Counted from the first letter of the whole stretch, positions 1 to 11,058 are shown. The stretch is DNA of 63,777 bases, filler included, from Planctomycetota bacterium (GCA_026991575.1; 4 parts of 4 records of this genome joined end to end with filler, not necessarily neighbours in it), one strand, 5' to 3'. The notes: generated by a model from the letters alone, not told the origin. Made by a program: numbers and translations.

Positions 1-910
1 CGGGTTGCGCCAGCCCGCGGTCCCGCACGACACGGAGTTCGTGCCGCTGAATCAGGGGCAGGTCCTGGTCCGTGAGGTTCTCGAACGTGTCCCGGATGAC
101 AATCGCCTCTTGCTCTCGAATCACTTCGCGCCGATGGCGGAAATATCGGTTGCTCCCGTCGACCCATCTGCCCTCCGGGATCGAGAAGTAGGTGCGGCAC
201 ACGTACTCGGCCGCGGCCACCTGAACGCGTAACGTGGTCCCCTGCCCGGTAACGCGAAACCTGGCCGGACGAGCCGGCTCCACGACCCAGTGAGGGGGAG
301 CTCCTCGGTATCCGACCCGATCGTCCCGCACCCGTTCGAGCCGTTCCACGGCGACCAGTTGGATCTGCTCCACGATGAGATCGTTGTCGAGAAACGGCGC
401 TATTCTGTTCTCGAACTCAAGAACGTTTTCGCCCGCGCGCGCAATGCCGGACACGTCGAAGACAAATTCGAACACGCTCCTGCCCGATTTCAGCGCGTAA
501 TTCGGGTGCTGATCGTTGGCCACGTATCGGTCGGCATACTCGACGGCAAACACGCGGCCACCGTCAGAGGCGGTGTTCTTGATCGTGCCGTCGACCCGTT
601 CCTCGTACGGCAGTTTGTTCACCAGGCGGTCCACCGCGAGCGTGGTGCCGTTCAGGGTCACGCGCAGCGCGTAGGTGTAGCCCCCGCGGCGAGACGCGGC
701 CAGACGTGCCCGGAACCGCAGTACGAGGTGCCGTCCTGGCGGGACTTGCGGCACTCTGAACGTCACCCGCTCGCTGTGCCGCGGCGCCACGACAACGCGC
801 CGTGCTATCGCAACGCTGGATTCAGCGCCGCTGCCGGCAAGCTGTTGCCCGGATGCAACGGCCACCAGTACGGTCAGTGCAAGAACGGCTGCATGGAGAA
901 ACTTGCTCAC
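1..910 (-). CDS. Secreted hypothetical protein, 5' part (runs off window edge)
   Basis: Not in the ORF track because there is no stop in the window. GTG at 910 with AAGGAG RBS; open to position 2; N-terminus MSKFLHAAVLALTVLVAVASG is signal-peptide-like. Confidence 0.7.
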   Translation of the reverse strand, partial: MSKFLHAAVLALTVLVAVASGQQLAGSGAESSVAIARRVVVAPRHSERVTFRVPQVPPGRHLVLRFRARLAASRRGGYTYALRVTLNGTTLAVDRLVNKLPYEERVDGTIKNTASDGGRVFAVEYADRYVANDQHPNYALKSGRSVFEFVFDVSGIARAGENVLEFENRIAPFLDNDLIVEQIQLVAVERLERVRDDRVGYRGAPPHWVVEPARPARFRVTGQGTTLRVQVAAAEYVCRTYFSIPEGRWVDGSNRYFRHRREVIREQEAIVIRDTFENLTDQDLPLIQRHELRVVRDRGLAQP

Positions 911-1006
911 GGCTGTTCTCCTTGCTCTCGTTGGCGGGTAGGGTCCGCGGGGGGGGCGGAAGTCACCGCTCACCGGCCGGCGCGGTCGCGGTAGCAGGCT
1001 GGTTGG

Positions 1007-2044
1007 TCATGTTGGAGCCCGGCTCAGTCGATCTAGGATCTCGTCCCACTCGGGCAGCGGTCTGGCAAGCAGGATCCTTTTCATGGTGTGCCGCACGAAC
1101 TGCCGACGAGCTTCGTCGGTGAGGTAGTCGACGGGGCTGGCGCCGTCTAGGCGCGCCAGTGAGCAGAGTGCGTAGTGCAGCCGAGCCCGGTCCGGCGTCG
1201 CCCGGCAGCGATCGGCCAGTGGCCCGCTGCCTTTGAGCTTCGCGTGCAGTCGCTGGCGATATCGCTCCAGAACGTGGCGGAACAGGGTTAGGTACTGGGG
1301 GCGTCTCTCGGCCGGAGCATGCACGGCCTTCAGACCGAGATGGCTGAGCAGGAACCCAAGGTCAAAGGCAGGATCGCCGTAGTGGGCGGTTTCGTGGTCA
1401 ACGATGGTCACGCCATGGGCATGAACCAGCATATTCTTGGGGCTGTAGTCGGCATGGACGAATGAGAGCACGTGTTGATTCAGCGAGTCGGTGGCTGCAT
1501 CGATAATGCCAGTCAATTCAGGATGCACCGATTTCAGTCGCCAGTAGTACGGCTCGACCCGCAGCTCGATGAAAATGCTCCGATCGCCAAGCTCTTCGCG
1601 CACGGCCGCACGGCCAAGCGTGCTTGCGTGCAGATCGGCCAGATAGCCAGCAACGCGTTCGCCGATCTCTACCGAGACAGTGCCGTCTAGCAGCAGTTTC
1701 TTCCACACGACGTGTGGCTCGGGCACGGCAGACATGGCCAGGATGTAGTTGTCGCGGTCCTCGAACAGCACCCGCGGCACGGCCCCTGCCGGCAGGCAGC
1801 CGGCCATGATTCGCATGGCGGCCGCTTCGCGGTAGATCCGTTCCAGGCGGCTGACCCAGAGCTGCTGGACACGAAGCCGCCGGTACGGCTGTTTCAAGAC
1901 GAGCGTCCCCCGACGGGTGCGGACGTAGAGCACGACATTGGAGACGCCCCAGCCGAGCGGTTGGATCTGGGGCCTTTCATCGGCGTCCAGCCAGCCTTGT
2001 TGCCGCAGGTAGGCGAGAGCGTTCTGTGGGTCGAGCCGAAACAC
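1007..2044 (-). CDS. Phosphotransferase (APH / methylthioribose-kinase-like family)
   Basis: LGWGVSN Gly loop, VLKQ lysine, HADYSPKN catalytic loop, DHE and GDPAFDLG motifs. Confidence 0.8.
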   Translation of the reverse strand: MFRLDPQNALAYLRQQGWLDADERPQIQPLGWGVSNVVLYVRTRRGTLVLKQPYRRLRVQQLWVSRLERIYREAAAMRIMAGCLPAGAVPRVLFEDRDNYILAMSAVPEPHVVWKKLLLDGTVSVEIGERVAGYLADLHASTLGRAAVREELGDRSIFIELRVEPYYWRLKSVHPELTGIIDAATDSLNQHVLSFVHADYSPKNMLVHAHGVTIVDHETAHYGDPAFDLGFLLSHLGLKAVHAPAERRPQYLTLFRHVLERYRQRLHAKLKGSGPLADRCRATPDRARLHYALCSLARLDGASPVDYLTDEARRQFVRHTMKRILLARPLPEWDEILDRLSRAPT

Positions 2045-2230
2045 TGCCTGCTCCTGCCGGTGTGCCCGCGCCCGTGTCGCTGGTAATCTTAGCTGCGGGC
2101 CGGCAGCGGCGCCGAGCGGCCGGTGGTTCCTGGGACGGGTTGCTTGCCCGACCGGAGGCGGCGCATGAAAAACCCACGCTGGCCGGGAACAGCGTGGGGG
2201 TCCGTTTGCTCGGCTAGGTTGACTGGTTCG

Positions 2231-2554
2231 TTAGCGGTAGCCGCCGCGCCAGCCGCCGCCGCTGCTGCCGCGTCCACCGCCGCGCCGGCCGCCACCACCG
2301 CGTTCCTCGCGCGGCCGCGTCTCGTTAACGACAATGTTGCGGCCACCGAGATTGCTGCCGTTCAGCTCTTCGATGGCGCGCTCAGCGTCGGCGTTGTCCA
2401 CCATCTCCACGAAGCCGAAGCCGCGTGACCGGCCGGTGAAGCGATCGGTGATCACCACTGCCGACTGGACCTCACCGTAGCGCTCGAAAACCTCGCGCAG
2501 CTCCTCAGAGGTCACCGAATACGGAAGATTCCCAACGTAGATGTTCTTAGCCAT
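2231..2554 (-). CDS. RRM RNA-binding protein with Gly/Arg-rich tail
   Basis: RNP2 IYVGNL, RNP1 RGFGFVEM, GGRRGG tail; start moved to ATG 2554 (MAKNIY). Confidence 0.95.
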   Translation of the reverse strand: MAKNIYVGNLPYSVTSEELREVFERYGEVQSAVVITDRFTGRSRGFGFVEMVDNADAERAIEELNGSNLGGRNIVVNETRPREERGGGGRRGGGRGSSGGGWRGGYR

Positions 2555-2889
2555 GCTACTCAACCGTCTATCCAACCTTGTGCACAGACCTAACCATGGA
2601 TGCGGCTCCGCGCGCGAGAACCCGCGTACGGGACAAGCTCTGTGGAGTGGAGTGTGACCGGAAGAGGCAAGGAGCAGTCAGTCAACGTTCCCGGCGTCGT
2701 TGGCCTGCCCAGCGCCTTACCGCCTATACACACTCCTCCGCCAACAAGCCACTCCGGGAAGCACTCGCACGGAAGGGAATTCCGACACAGGCAACCGGAA
2801 TTGTGCCGTTGTCAGCGTCTCCTCACACCGAGCTTATCGGCATCCGACCCGCCAAGACAGTCGGGGACTGCCTCGGCAACAACACCTCA

Positions 2890-2917
2890 AGTATACCATG
2901 CCGCGCCCCAAGGTCAA
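2890..2917 (-). promoter_or_regulatory. Sigma70-like promoter for the RRM gene
   Basis: Minus strand reads TTGACC-16 nt-TATACT with an extended -10 TG. Confidence 0.6.
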
Positions 2918-2973
2918 CCGCGATTCCCTCAGCGCGCCATCCTGGCGCAGAGCGGCACTACAATATCGCTGCC

Positions 2974-4272
2974 ATGGAGCGTGCCGCAGCGTCGCCACAG
3001 CCCGGAGCCACGATCGTCCGCCACTGGACACTGCTTGTCCTCGGTGGCCTGCTCGTTCTGCTCGGACTGCTCTTCCTGCGCATCATCCTCCCCTACCTCC
3101 TGCCCCTCTTTCTTGCCCTCGTGGCCGCCATCGTGGTGCGCCCGCAGTACGAGCGAGTTGTCGCCCTGTTTGGCGGCCGCCAACGCCTGGCAGCGTTAGC
3201 AACTTGTCTGTCAACCGTTCTTGTCCTGGTCATTCCCATCGCCACGGTTACCACGGCCCTTGCACTGCGACTGTACGTGTTCTGGCTCGACACCCGCTCT
3301 GCAGGCCGTTACGCCGAACTGGTGAGACGCTTCCGTGAGCGATTTCACATCGACGAGTGGCTCCGACAACTCCAGGATCGGTTTCCCGGCGCGATCGATG
3401 CTGATGCGATCCTGAGCGATGCCCAGGCAGCCGTGCCCGACATGGTGAGCTGGTTAGCCACGAAAACGCTGGGCGTGGCCGCGACCACGTTCGGGCTGTT
3501 GGGCGGAATCATCTCGGTCATCGTTGCCTTCGTCATCTTCGTGTTCGCCCTCTACTACTTCCTGGCCGAAGGGCCCGTGCTGCTGCAGCGTGCTACGGAG
3601 CTGATCCCATTGCCCCTGGAGTACCAGAAAAGCATCTTTGATGCGTTCACAGGCACGGTGCAAGGCGCGATCACGGCGATGTTTGTCGGCGCGCTGGCTC
3701 AAGGGCTTGTTCTTGGCCTGGGGTTGCTTGTGCTCGGCGCACCGAGTCCGCTGATCTTCACCATCCTGGCGATCCTGGCGTGCCTGATCCCGTTCGTTGG
3801 CAGCAGCCTGGTCTGGGTGCCGATGGCATTCTGGTTCTGGGTCAACGATCATCAGCTGCGCGCGATCTTGCTTGTGCTGTACGCGGCGCTGATCGTCAGC
3901 AGCGTGGACAACGTCGTGCGGATCTACGTAATGCACGGCACGGCCAAACTGCATCCGCTGCTGGCCTTGGTCAGCATCCTGGGCGGCATCGCCTACTTCG
4001 GCCTGTGGGGGGTGTTCGTGGGCCCGCTTGCAGCATCGTGCCTCTACGCGCTGGCGGAAGTGTTCAAGTGCGAGTTCAACCGGCTGACGGAAACCGCATC
4101 GACCAAGCCGCCCGCCCCGCCGCCGCAACCGGACGCCGGCGAAACGGTCGACGAGCGTGCCGATACCCGATCGGCAACAGCCCCAGCAGCCGAAAGCGCG
4201 ACTCGCAGTGACAGTTCCTCGGGCGATGCGTCCGCGTCAGGCGAGCAACAGGATGGCAACGCCGATCAGTAG
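2974..4272 (+). CDS. AI-2E family transporter
   Basis: Multi-TM protein with IPFVGSSLVWVP, DNVVR and LHPLLALVSILGG..FGLWGVFVGP. Start moved to ATG 2974, about 10 nt after a TACAAT -10 element. Confidence 0.9.
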   Translation: MERAAASPQPGATIVRHWTLLVLGGLLVLLGLLFLRIILPYLLPLFLALVAAIVVRPQYERVVALFGGRQRLAALATCLSTVLVLVIPIATVTTALALRLYVFWLDTRSAGRYAELVRRFRERFHIDEWLRQLQDRFPGAIDADAILSDAQAAVPDMVSWLATKTLGVAATTFGLLGGIISVIVAFVIFVFALYYFLAEGPVLLQRATELIPLPLEYQKSIFDAFTGTVQGAITAMFVGALAQGLVLGLGLLVLGAPSPLIFTILAILACLIPFVGSSLVWVPMAFWFWVNDHQLRAILLVLYAALIVSSVDNVVRIYVMHGTAKLHPLLALVSILGGIAYFGLWGVFVGPLAASCLYALAEVFKCEFNRLTETASTKPPAPPPQPDAGETVDERADTRSATAPAAESATRSDSSSGDASASGEQQDGNADQ

Positions 4273-5739
4273 ACCATTGTGCACGGCGTGCGCGACCATG
4301 GGAGCAATCAGGCTACCGCGCCACTCACGGCCCACCGAGAAGACCGCACCGACCAGCGTCAATGGCAGATAGGACATCCAGTGCGGGTGCACGATCCCGA
4401 AGACGGCTCCGGTGGCCAGCGACGAGCAAAGAACACTGAGCCCCCGGACCCACCTAGCGGTCGATCCGCGCACGAACCGGTAAAGCGCCCCGCGAAATAT
4501 GATCTCTTCCGTCAGCGGTGCCAGCACCACGGAAGCAAGTACGATGGCCAGCACGCCCGAGGGCCCGGCATCGATCAGCTCGCGCATGATCGGATGCATG
4601 GGCGTAGGGGGAGCTTCCAGGGGCGAGCTTTGTCCCTGATGCGGGCGTGCAAGGCAGTCCGCGAGCCAGGAGGTGAAGACCGTTCCCAGGAACAGCACGG
4701 GAAGGAGCATTGCGTAGAGACCGACTCCGGCCGCCACCTCGCGCACGATCCCCTTGCCGCGGTGCAACCCAAGCTCGTACAGCCAGCGCCGCGCCGGTTC
4801 GCGCGTCCGTACCAGAATCGCCATGCCTGTCAGGCTCAGCAGCTGCGCGGCAAGCACACCGCCCAGTCCGGCCAGGCCCGGCAGCACCATCTGAAGCCAG
4901 AACGAAAAGAGCATCGCAGCAGCGAACGCTTCCAGGTAAAACCCTGCAGGGATCGGTTCCAGTCTTAACTGCAACCGCTCCGGGCGCTCCGCCCAGCGAT
5001 ACAAGCAGAGCGGCCACGCCACACAGCCGGCGATGGCCAGCAACAGGACGGTGACCACGGAGGTGCCGATGACAGCAAGCGTGCGAACCGCGCGTGCAAC
5101 CACCTGAGCCTGCAAGCTCTCGGGCGCGTCGCGTGTCATCGTGATGTACAGATCGCCGAACCAGCCTAGATTGTCCACCAGTAGGCGGCGCTCGGCCTCA
5201 TCCAGCACCACCTGCCCCTTGCCCTGCTCCACGAGCCGCCTGGCCAACGCCACCAGCTTGAGGTCCTCGGCCGTAACGGCATCCGGGTACTGCTCGATCA
5301 GTTTGGTCAGTTCTTCCAGAGCGCTCGGCGCGCGTTCCGGATCGACCGCCATATACAGCACGATCGCGGCGACGCGGACCGGCACCGGCCCGGTATCGAT
5401 CGGGAACTCCGCCTCTAAGGCCACTTGGCCGTCGTTGGCATCCGTGCCGCTGATGGTCAGCCAGTGGTGCAGAGCGTAGTAGAGTTGACCGAGCGCCTGC
5501 ACTTCGGCCGTGACGATCCGCCGCGATACGGCGTTGTCTGCCTGTTCGATCCGGTTAACCTGAGCAGCGGCAACGAACAGCATGATCACGAACGTGGCCA
5601 GCGCGAAGGCCGTCTTCGTCATCGGCCGCGGCCGCGGCTGCTCGGAAACCGGCTCGACCGGGATCGCCAACGGCACCTGCTCGAAGGGATACGCTTGACC
5701 CGAATTGTCCGCGTGCCTGCCAGCTAGGTTCGGGTCCAT
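4237..5739 (-). CDS. CPBP (CAAX/Abi) intramembrane metalloprotease
   Basis: EEIIFRG, FGIVH and HAVHN motifs; multiple TM segments. Confidence 0.85.
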   Translation of the reverse strand: MDPNLAGRHADNSGQAYPFEQVPLAIPVEPVSEQPRPRPMTKTAFALATFVIMLFVAAAQVNRIEQADNAVSRRIVTAEVQALGQLYYALHHWLTISGTDANDGQVALEAEFPIDTGPVPVRVAAIVLYMAVDPERAPSALEELTKLIEQYPDAVTAEDLKLVALARRLVEQGKGQVVLDEAERRLLVDNLGWFGDLYITMTRDAPESLQAQVVARAVRTLAVIGTSVVTVLLLAIAGCVAWPLCLYRWAERPERLQLRLEPIPAGFYLEAFAAAMLFSFWLQMVLPGLAGLGGVLAAQLLSLTGMAILVRTREPARRWLYELGLHRGKGIVREVAAGVGLYAMLLPVLFLGTVFTSWLADCLARPHQGQSSPLEAPPTPMHPIMRELIDAGPSGVLAIVLASVVLAPLTEEIIFRGALYRFVRGSTARWVRGLSVLCSSLATGAVFGIVHPHWMSYLPLTLVGAVFSVGREWRGSLIAPMVAHAVHNGLLIGVAILLLA

Positions 5740-6548
5740 AGGAGGATCTCTCCGAGGCCCCCTTCGACCAGGTCACCGCAGTAGCGCTCGTACAGACCGT
5801 GCCATGCCGCCTCCGGAAGTGATGCGCCTAGTGTCTGGAGTCGGCGTCCGAAGAAGCGGAGGAACACGGGTTGGTACATACAAGCATAGCGGAAGGTTGG
5901 CAGCAGCGCCAGTTGCGGGTCCGGGCACAGGGCCCAGACCGTGCCTCGTTTCATGCCCGCGGCGGGCCGCGATCCGAGACGGCCGCCCACGACGATCGTG
6001 CCGGCTATCATGCTTACGCCGCAGAAGTCCCCCACGTCGCCTTCGATAACGATCAGCCCGCGGCGCATCGTGCTGCCCACTTCGTTGCCTGCACTACCCT
6101 TGACCACAATCACCCCGCCGCGCATGCCGCGCTGGCTGCCCCGGTAAGCGGCTCCGACCAGGTGCCCGGCGCTGCCGGCCACTCGGATCAGGCCGCCGCG
6201 CATCTCCGCACCGCACCAATCGCCCACATTACCCCTGACTTCGATCAGGCCGCCGCGCATCTCCGCCCCCAGGTGCATGCCCGCATCGCCGTCAATGATC
6301 AGCTCCCCCTCGGTCATCCCCGCGCCGAGCCACTTCACCCGGCTCAGATCGCCCTCCAGCACGACACGGCCGTCTTCGGCGGCCGAGCCGACCACGTCGA
6401 AGAACTCGCCTAGCGGCACGCTCCGATTGCCGTGGTAGACCCTCAGCGCAGCAACCTCCGCTGGACTGAGCTGGCGTAGCCGGTCAGGCCGTACCACCTC
6501 GGCCTCAACCGGCACGGTCGTTGCTCCTTTCCAACGCAGCCTCAGCAT
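5724..6548 (-). CDS. fhcC: Formylmethanofuran dehydrogenase / Fhc subunit C
   Basis: GXGXG beta-helix repeats (G.EMRGGLI.V.G), GAAYRGSQRGMRGG; directly follows fhcD. Confidence 0.9.
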   Translation of the reverse strand: MLRLRWKGATTVPVEAEVVRPDRLRQLSPAEVAALRVYHGNRSVPLGEFFDVVGSAAEDGRVVLEGDLSRVKWLGAGMTEGELIIDGDAGMHLGAEMRGGLIEVRGNVGDWCGAEMRGGLIRVAGSAGHLVGAAYRGSQRGMRGGVIVVKGSAGNEVGSTMRRGLIVIEGDVGDFCGVSMIAGTIVVGGRLGSRPAAGMKRGTVWALCPDPQLALLPTFRYACMYQPVFLRFFGRRLQTLGASLPEAAWHGLYERYCGDLVEGGLGEILLWTRT

Positions 6549-6552
6549 AACG

Positions 6553-7479
6553 TTAGCTTTCGCTCAGCAGCCGTCTGAGGTGAAAGTGGAACGGTCCCAG
6601 CTTGCCGCCGTAATTGCCCGCGCTGATGGCCACCACACCGGGACCACAAGCCGCCAGGATGCCGGCGCGCATCGCCTGCACCACCGCCTGCTCACTGAGA
6701 CCGTCGATCACGATCTCGTACACGCAGTTGACCCCGTCAGGCAATCGACTGTCGACCAGCGGCCGTAGCGTCGGACAGTAGGCGTCGTTCGTGCTTGCCC
6801 GCAGGCCTTTGTATTTGCTGCCCACCTTGCTACCAGAACGGACCACGCCGCCGGGAAACGGCGTGATCACATCGGGGACGGCGGCAATCGCTTCGACCGC
6901 CCGCGCCACGGCCGCCAGAGCCGCCTCCTGGTGCTCGGCTAGTACGAGGAAGTTGCCGCCAGCCACCCCCTTGCACGTCCCGGCAACATCCTCACAGACA
7001 AACTCCCCGTCCATCACGGGCACGCGCCACAGCCGCCGCTTGCGGCGGAGCTCGTCGCACGCACCAAGGGGATCTTCCAGGAGCTTCGAAATCTGAAAGC
7101 CGTCACCAAAGTAGCGTAGCTTCGCGCCTACGCGAATCGTCTTCGGCTCCTCAGGTAGCCCGTCGTAGCAAGCAGTCGTCGGGCACGTCATCACACACTG
7201 GCCTACCCGGTTGGCCACGGCCTCCTCGAGCTTCTCCCGGCCGAAGCCGAAAAACAGACACGCCACGCCGGGACGGCCATCGGGCGTCTGCTCGGGGTCA
7301 AGCACGGCCTCCACACCGCACTCCGCATCGCAGGCGATGACCGACGTGCCGTATCCGGTGACTTCCCGGGCCGCGATGTCAGCCCAGTACGGAGTCGCCG
7401 CGGTTACGATCAGCCGCGTCCCGACCATCGGAAACGCTTCTGCAAACGTGTCGACAATCTCCGTGCCTCGAATCCGCAT
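6553..7479 (-). CDS. fhcD: Formylmethanofuran:H4MPT formyltransferase
   Basis: [48 protein letters not shown]. Confidence 0.95.
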   Translation of the reverse strand: MRIRGTEIVDTFAEAFPMVGTRLIVTAATPYWADIAAREVTGYGTSVIACDAECGVEAVLDPEQTPDGRPGVACLFFGFGREKLEEAVANRVGQCVMTCPTTACYDGLPEEPKTIRVGAKLRYFGDGFQISKLLEDPLGACDELRRKRRLWRVPVMDGEFVCEDVAGTCKGVAGGNFLVLAEHQEAALAAVARAVEAIAAVPDVITPFPGGVVRSGSKVGSKYKGLRASTNDAYCPTLRPLVDSRLPDGVNCVYEIVIDGLSEQAVVQAMRAGILAACGPGVVAISAGNYGGKLGPFHFHLRRLLSES

Positions 7480-7486
7480 CAGGCCA

Positions 7487-9472
7487 TCACGACCGCTGTT
7501 CCGGGGTGATCACCTCGCCGGTGTGTTCGACGCCGAAGCCAAGCCGCCGCAACAGCGCCACCCCCTCAGCCGATCGCAGCAAGTTCAGGAACTCTTGGAC
7601 CGCTGGCCGATCCAGTCGCTCGGCGGGAACGAGAAAATCATAGTGTTCCTCGCACAGCGGCAGAAACGCCAACCCGGCACCACGGGCTACTGTCTCGATC
7701 GCCACCCCCCAGTCGGCTCGTCGCTGCGCGACTGCGGCCACAACCGCATTGTGCGTGCGTAGCTCAACCGTGTACCCGTCCGGCCGATGCCCCTCCAGTA
7801 GCCGGTCGATCAAGACCCGCGTGCCGCTGCCGCGGTTCCGGTTCACCATCCTCAGACCAGGCTCCTGTCGGAGCAGTTCGATCAGCTGGTCGAGTGCCTT
7901 GCCCGCCAGCCGCGGATCGTCTTCCCGGTACACGATGCCCTGTGTCCGGGTGTAACCGCGCACCAGGCACAGGCCCGGCTCCAGGTAGGGAACGTTGTAC
8001 CGGCCGGTGTCCGGATCGAGCAGGTGCACGCCGGCCAGGTCGCACTCATTGCGCCTTGCTGCTTCTAGCCCCCCCATCGAGCCCACCCACAGGGCCCGGC
8101 TCGTGATGCCGCGGTCGTGCAACAGGCTGAGCAGCCGGTCGAACCCAATACAGTGGCTCCCGATCGAGACCAACTGCGGTGCTGTCAGGCCGCGCCCAAG
8201 TAGCTGGACCGGTACGACCTGGCCGCGCTCCAGGTATTCCTCGTAGCGCCCCACAGTCACGAAGCCGTCGGCCCGGGCAAACGCGGTCACCGAGCCGGAG
8301 CCTTTGCCCATCGGGTACGCAACCAGTTCGCCCGCCGATCCAGAACGGGCCAGTCCCACGAGCACGTACTCGGTCCGGCCTCGGTCGGACCGGACCCGCA
8401 CGGCCAGCCGGGCACGGCATTGCTCCTGCGGCTCCTCGGGCAGTCCGACCAGTGCGCGCAGCACCGGTGCGACAAACTCGTGAAAGGTGAAGATTGCCGA
8501 CGTCGGAAAGCCGGGCAGGATGACGACCGGGACAGGGCGCGCGAACGGTCTGGCTTGAGCGACCGCCAGGCAGAGCGGTTTGCCCGGCTTCAAGGCAACG
8601 CCATGGGCCACGATCCCCGGCCCCGGCAGCTCAGAGACCACCCGGTAGCTGATGTCTCCGGCCCCTTTCGAAGTGCCTCCGGAGAGAATGACCACGTCGT
8701 GGTCCAACGCCCGCTGTACCGCTTCCCTCAGTGCCTCAATCTGGTCGGCAACGATGCCGAGCACGGTCGGTTCACCGCCGAGTTCACGGACGGCCGCGGC
8801 GACCATCCAGGCGTTCGAGTCGTAGATCTGACCCGGTGAAAGGCTAGCCCCGGGCGGCTGCAACTCGTCGCCGGTCGAAAGGATGGCCACCCGGGGCCGC
8901 CGCCACACAGGCACCCGTTCCAGTCCCAGTGCTGCCAGGACGCCGATTTCGCGCGAGGTAAGGCGCGTGCCCCGTCGCAGCACCACTTCACCACGGGCAA
9001 TGTCCGCTCCTGCATGCATGACGCCGCTGCCCGGGGCGACCGAACGCCGAATGAGCACCCAGTCACCGTCGCAATCCGTGTCTTCGACCATGACCACGGC
9101 GTCCGCGCCGCGTGGCAGCATCGCGCCGGTGGCGATCACCGATGCGTGCCCTGGCCGCACCTCGCGCTGCGGTTCCCTGCCCGGCGTGATAGCCTCGCCG
9201 GTGAGCCGTAACCGGACCGGCTCGGTCTCGGAGGCACCGTACGTGTCCGCTGCGCGTACCGCGAAGCCATCGAAGTTGGACCGGTCGAAGGGGGGAACGT
9301 CGATGGCTGCGGCCACGTCCTCGGCAAGCACCCGACCAAGTGCCTCGGCGAGTCTGACTTGCTCGCGGCCCAACGGTGACAGGTCCAGCGCCGCGCGGAA
9401 GCGGCGCATAGCCTCGTCCCGGTCGAGCACCTCCAAGAACTGTTCTTGCTCATGGCCCGGCCGGTTTGTCAT
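7487..9472 (-). CDS. moeA: Molybdopterin molybdotransferase MoeA fused to a C-terminal periplasmic-binding-protein (PBP_2)-like domain
   Basis: [32 protein letters not shown]-terminal [19 protein letters not shown]. Start set at ATG 9472. Confidence 0.9.
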   Translation of the reverse strand: MTNRPGHEQEQFLEVLDRDEAMRRFRAALDLSPLGREQVRLAEALGRVLAEDVAAAIDVPPFDRSNFDGFAVRAADTYGASETEPVRLRLTGEAITPGREPQREVRPGHASVIATGAMLPRGADAVVMVEDTDCDGDWVLIRRSVAPGSGVMHAGADIARGEVVLRRGTRLTSREIGVLAALGLERVPVWRRPRVAILSTGDELQPPGASLSPGQIYDSNAWMVAAAVRELGGEPTVLGIVADQIEALREAVQRALDHDVVILSGGTSKGAGDISYRVVSELPGPGIVAHGVALKPGKPLCLAVAQARPFARPVPVVILPGFPTSAIFTFHEFVAPVLRALVGLPEEPQEQCRARLAVRVRSDRGRTEYVLVGLARSGSAGELVAYPMGKGSGSVTAFARADGFVTVGRYEEYLERGQVVPVQLLGRGLTAPQLVSIGSHCIGFDRLLSLLHDRGITSRALWVGSMGGLEAARRNECDLAGVHLLDPDTGRYNVPYLEPGLCLVRGYTRTQGIVYREDDPRLAGKALDQLIELLRQEPGLRMVNRNRGSGTRVLIDRLLEGHRPDGYTVELRTHNAVVAAVAQRRADWGVAIETVARGAGLAFLPLCEEHYDFLVPAERLDRPAVQEFLNLLRSAEGVALLRRLGFGVEHTGEVITPEQRS

Positions 9473-9485
9473 GTCGCCCCGCACA

Positions 9486-10724
9486 CTAGTCATAAAGGAA
9501 CACCTCGACCTCGGTCCCCGCACTCCAGCCTTCGCTATTAGGCGGCACCAGCACGAACCCGTCCGCTTTGACGGCGCTGGTCAGGATCGAGGCACCGCTG
9601 GTGGCCAGAGGCACGACGCCCTGCTCGGTCAACTGAACCCGCACGTAGTCAAGCCTGCCCAGCACAGAGGAGATCTTTCGCGCCAGCGGCGCCCGCCGCC
9701 GCTCGTGCGGCAACTCCGGCGAACGGCCGCCTAGCCGACGGATTGCCGGACCGGCCAACAGATCGTAGGCAGCCAGACACGAGACCGGGTTGCCAGGCAG
9801 CAAGAACACGAGCACCTCTCCCACGACGCCAAAACCGGTCGGACTCGAAGGCCGCATCGCGATGCCATGCACCAGCAACTGGCCCTGCTCAGCCACGATC
9901 AGTGGCGCGTGGTCCTCACGTCCCACGGACGTGCCGCCCGTGACGAGGATCACATCGGCCCCCGGCTCGCTGAGTGCCCGAGCGATCTCCTCCCGCCTGT
10001 CGGGCACAATGCCGGCCATCTCGGCCTCGGCACCGTCGCGGGCAATCAACCCTTCGAGAATGACGGAATTAGCATCGACGATGCGATAGTCCGTCGGCGT
10101 GCTACCGGCCGGTAACAGTTCGTTACCCGTAACCACGATGCGGACCCGCGGCTTGCGAACGACCGGCACCCGGGCAATGCCAAGTGAGGAAAGTACGCCG
10201 ACGTCCTGCGGGCGTAGCCGGCGACCCGCAGCCAGCACTCGCTCGCCCGCCTTGATGTCCTCCCCCGGTTCGCTAACGTGCTTCTTCGGAGGCACCGGCT
10301 CGTAGATGGCCACCTTGCCGTCCTGCTCCCGAGCGTACTCGGCCATCACCACCGCGTCTGCCCCGTCCGGCACAGGAGCCCCCGTCATGATTCGCACTGC
10401 TTGGCCCGAAGCGAGCGACCGGCCGTACGGCATGCCAGGAAGCGATTCGCCGACGAGTTCGAGGAGTATCGGGTTGTAAGCCGACGCGCCAAAGGTCTCC
10501 TCAGCTCGTACGGCGTAGCCGTCCATTGCCGCGCGGCGAAATGCGGGCACAGGCCGAGCGGCGACGATGTCCTCGGCCAGCACCCGGCCATGAGCGGCGC
10601 GCAGCGGAACAAGTTCCGCATCGAGTCTTCGGCAGCGCTCCAGGATCAGCTCGCGCGCGCGTGCTACCTCCATGCGCTGCCGAAACCCTCTCATGCGAAC
10701 ATCAACATCGACCGGATCTCCCAT
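9486..10724 (-). CDS. moeA: Molybdopterin molybdotransferase MoeA (gephyrin-like)
   Basis: AMDGYAV, IMTGAPVPDGADAVVM, TGNEL, TGGTSVG, LPGNPVS. Confidence 0.92.
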   Translation of the reverse strand: MGDPVDVDVRMRGFRQRMEVARARELILERCRRLDAELVPLRAAHGRVLAEDIVAARPVPAFRRAAMDGYAVRAEETFGASAYNPILLELVGESLPGMPYGRSLASGQAVRIMTGAPVPDGADAVVMAEYAREQDGKVAIYEPVPPKKHVSEPGEDIKAGERVLAAGRRLRPQDVGVLSSLGIARVPVVRKPRVRIVVTGNELLPAGSTPTDYRIVDANSVILEGLIARDGAEAEMAGIVPDRREEIARALSEPGADVILVTGGTSVGREDHAPLIVAEQGQLLVHGIAMRPSSPTGFGVVGEVLVFLLPGNPVSCLAAYDLLAGPAIRRLGGRSPELPHERRRAPLARKISSVLGRLDYVRVQLTEQGVVPLATSGASILTSAVKADGFVLVPPNSEGWSAGTEVEVFLYD

Positions 10725-11058
10725 GACATGCTCCTGTTGGCCCGATCCACCGTCGTCCTCAGCCGATCACAGCTTCTGCGGGCCAGCTGCCGTGGCACGG
10801 CTTGGCTTAAGACAAACTGCGCGGCGGATCCTTCGTACTTTACTGTATACGGCCGCCGACCCGGCACCGACGACCGTCCCGATCCGTCTCACGCTCCCAC
10901 AATAGCAACTACCGTTGGTCGCGGTGCCCTCGTCGGTGACCGCCTCCAGGGCGGATCGTCCAGGTCGCAGCGGTCCAGTCCCGCCGCGATGCGGAACGGA
11001 CCTGTGCGGCGGTGGCCAGCTCCACGCATGCATCGGAACCTCGGGAGGATCGCACTCG

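Noticed and set aside
290..994. 234-aa plus-strand ORF and many other long antisense ORFs (e.g. 12729-13652, 13966-15426, 18374-19285)
   Set aside because: Shadow ORFs of real genes on the opposite strand, expected at high GC.
4237..4272. 36-nt convergent overlap of the AI-2E and CPBP genes
   Set aside because: Short tail-to-tail overlaps are common; no evidence of function.
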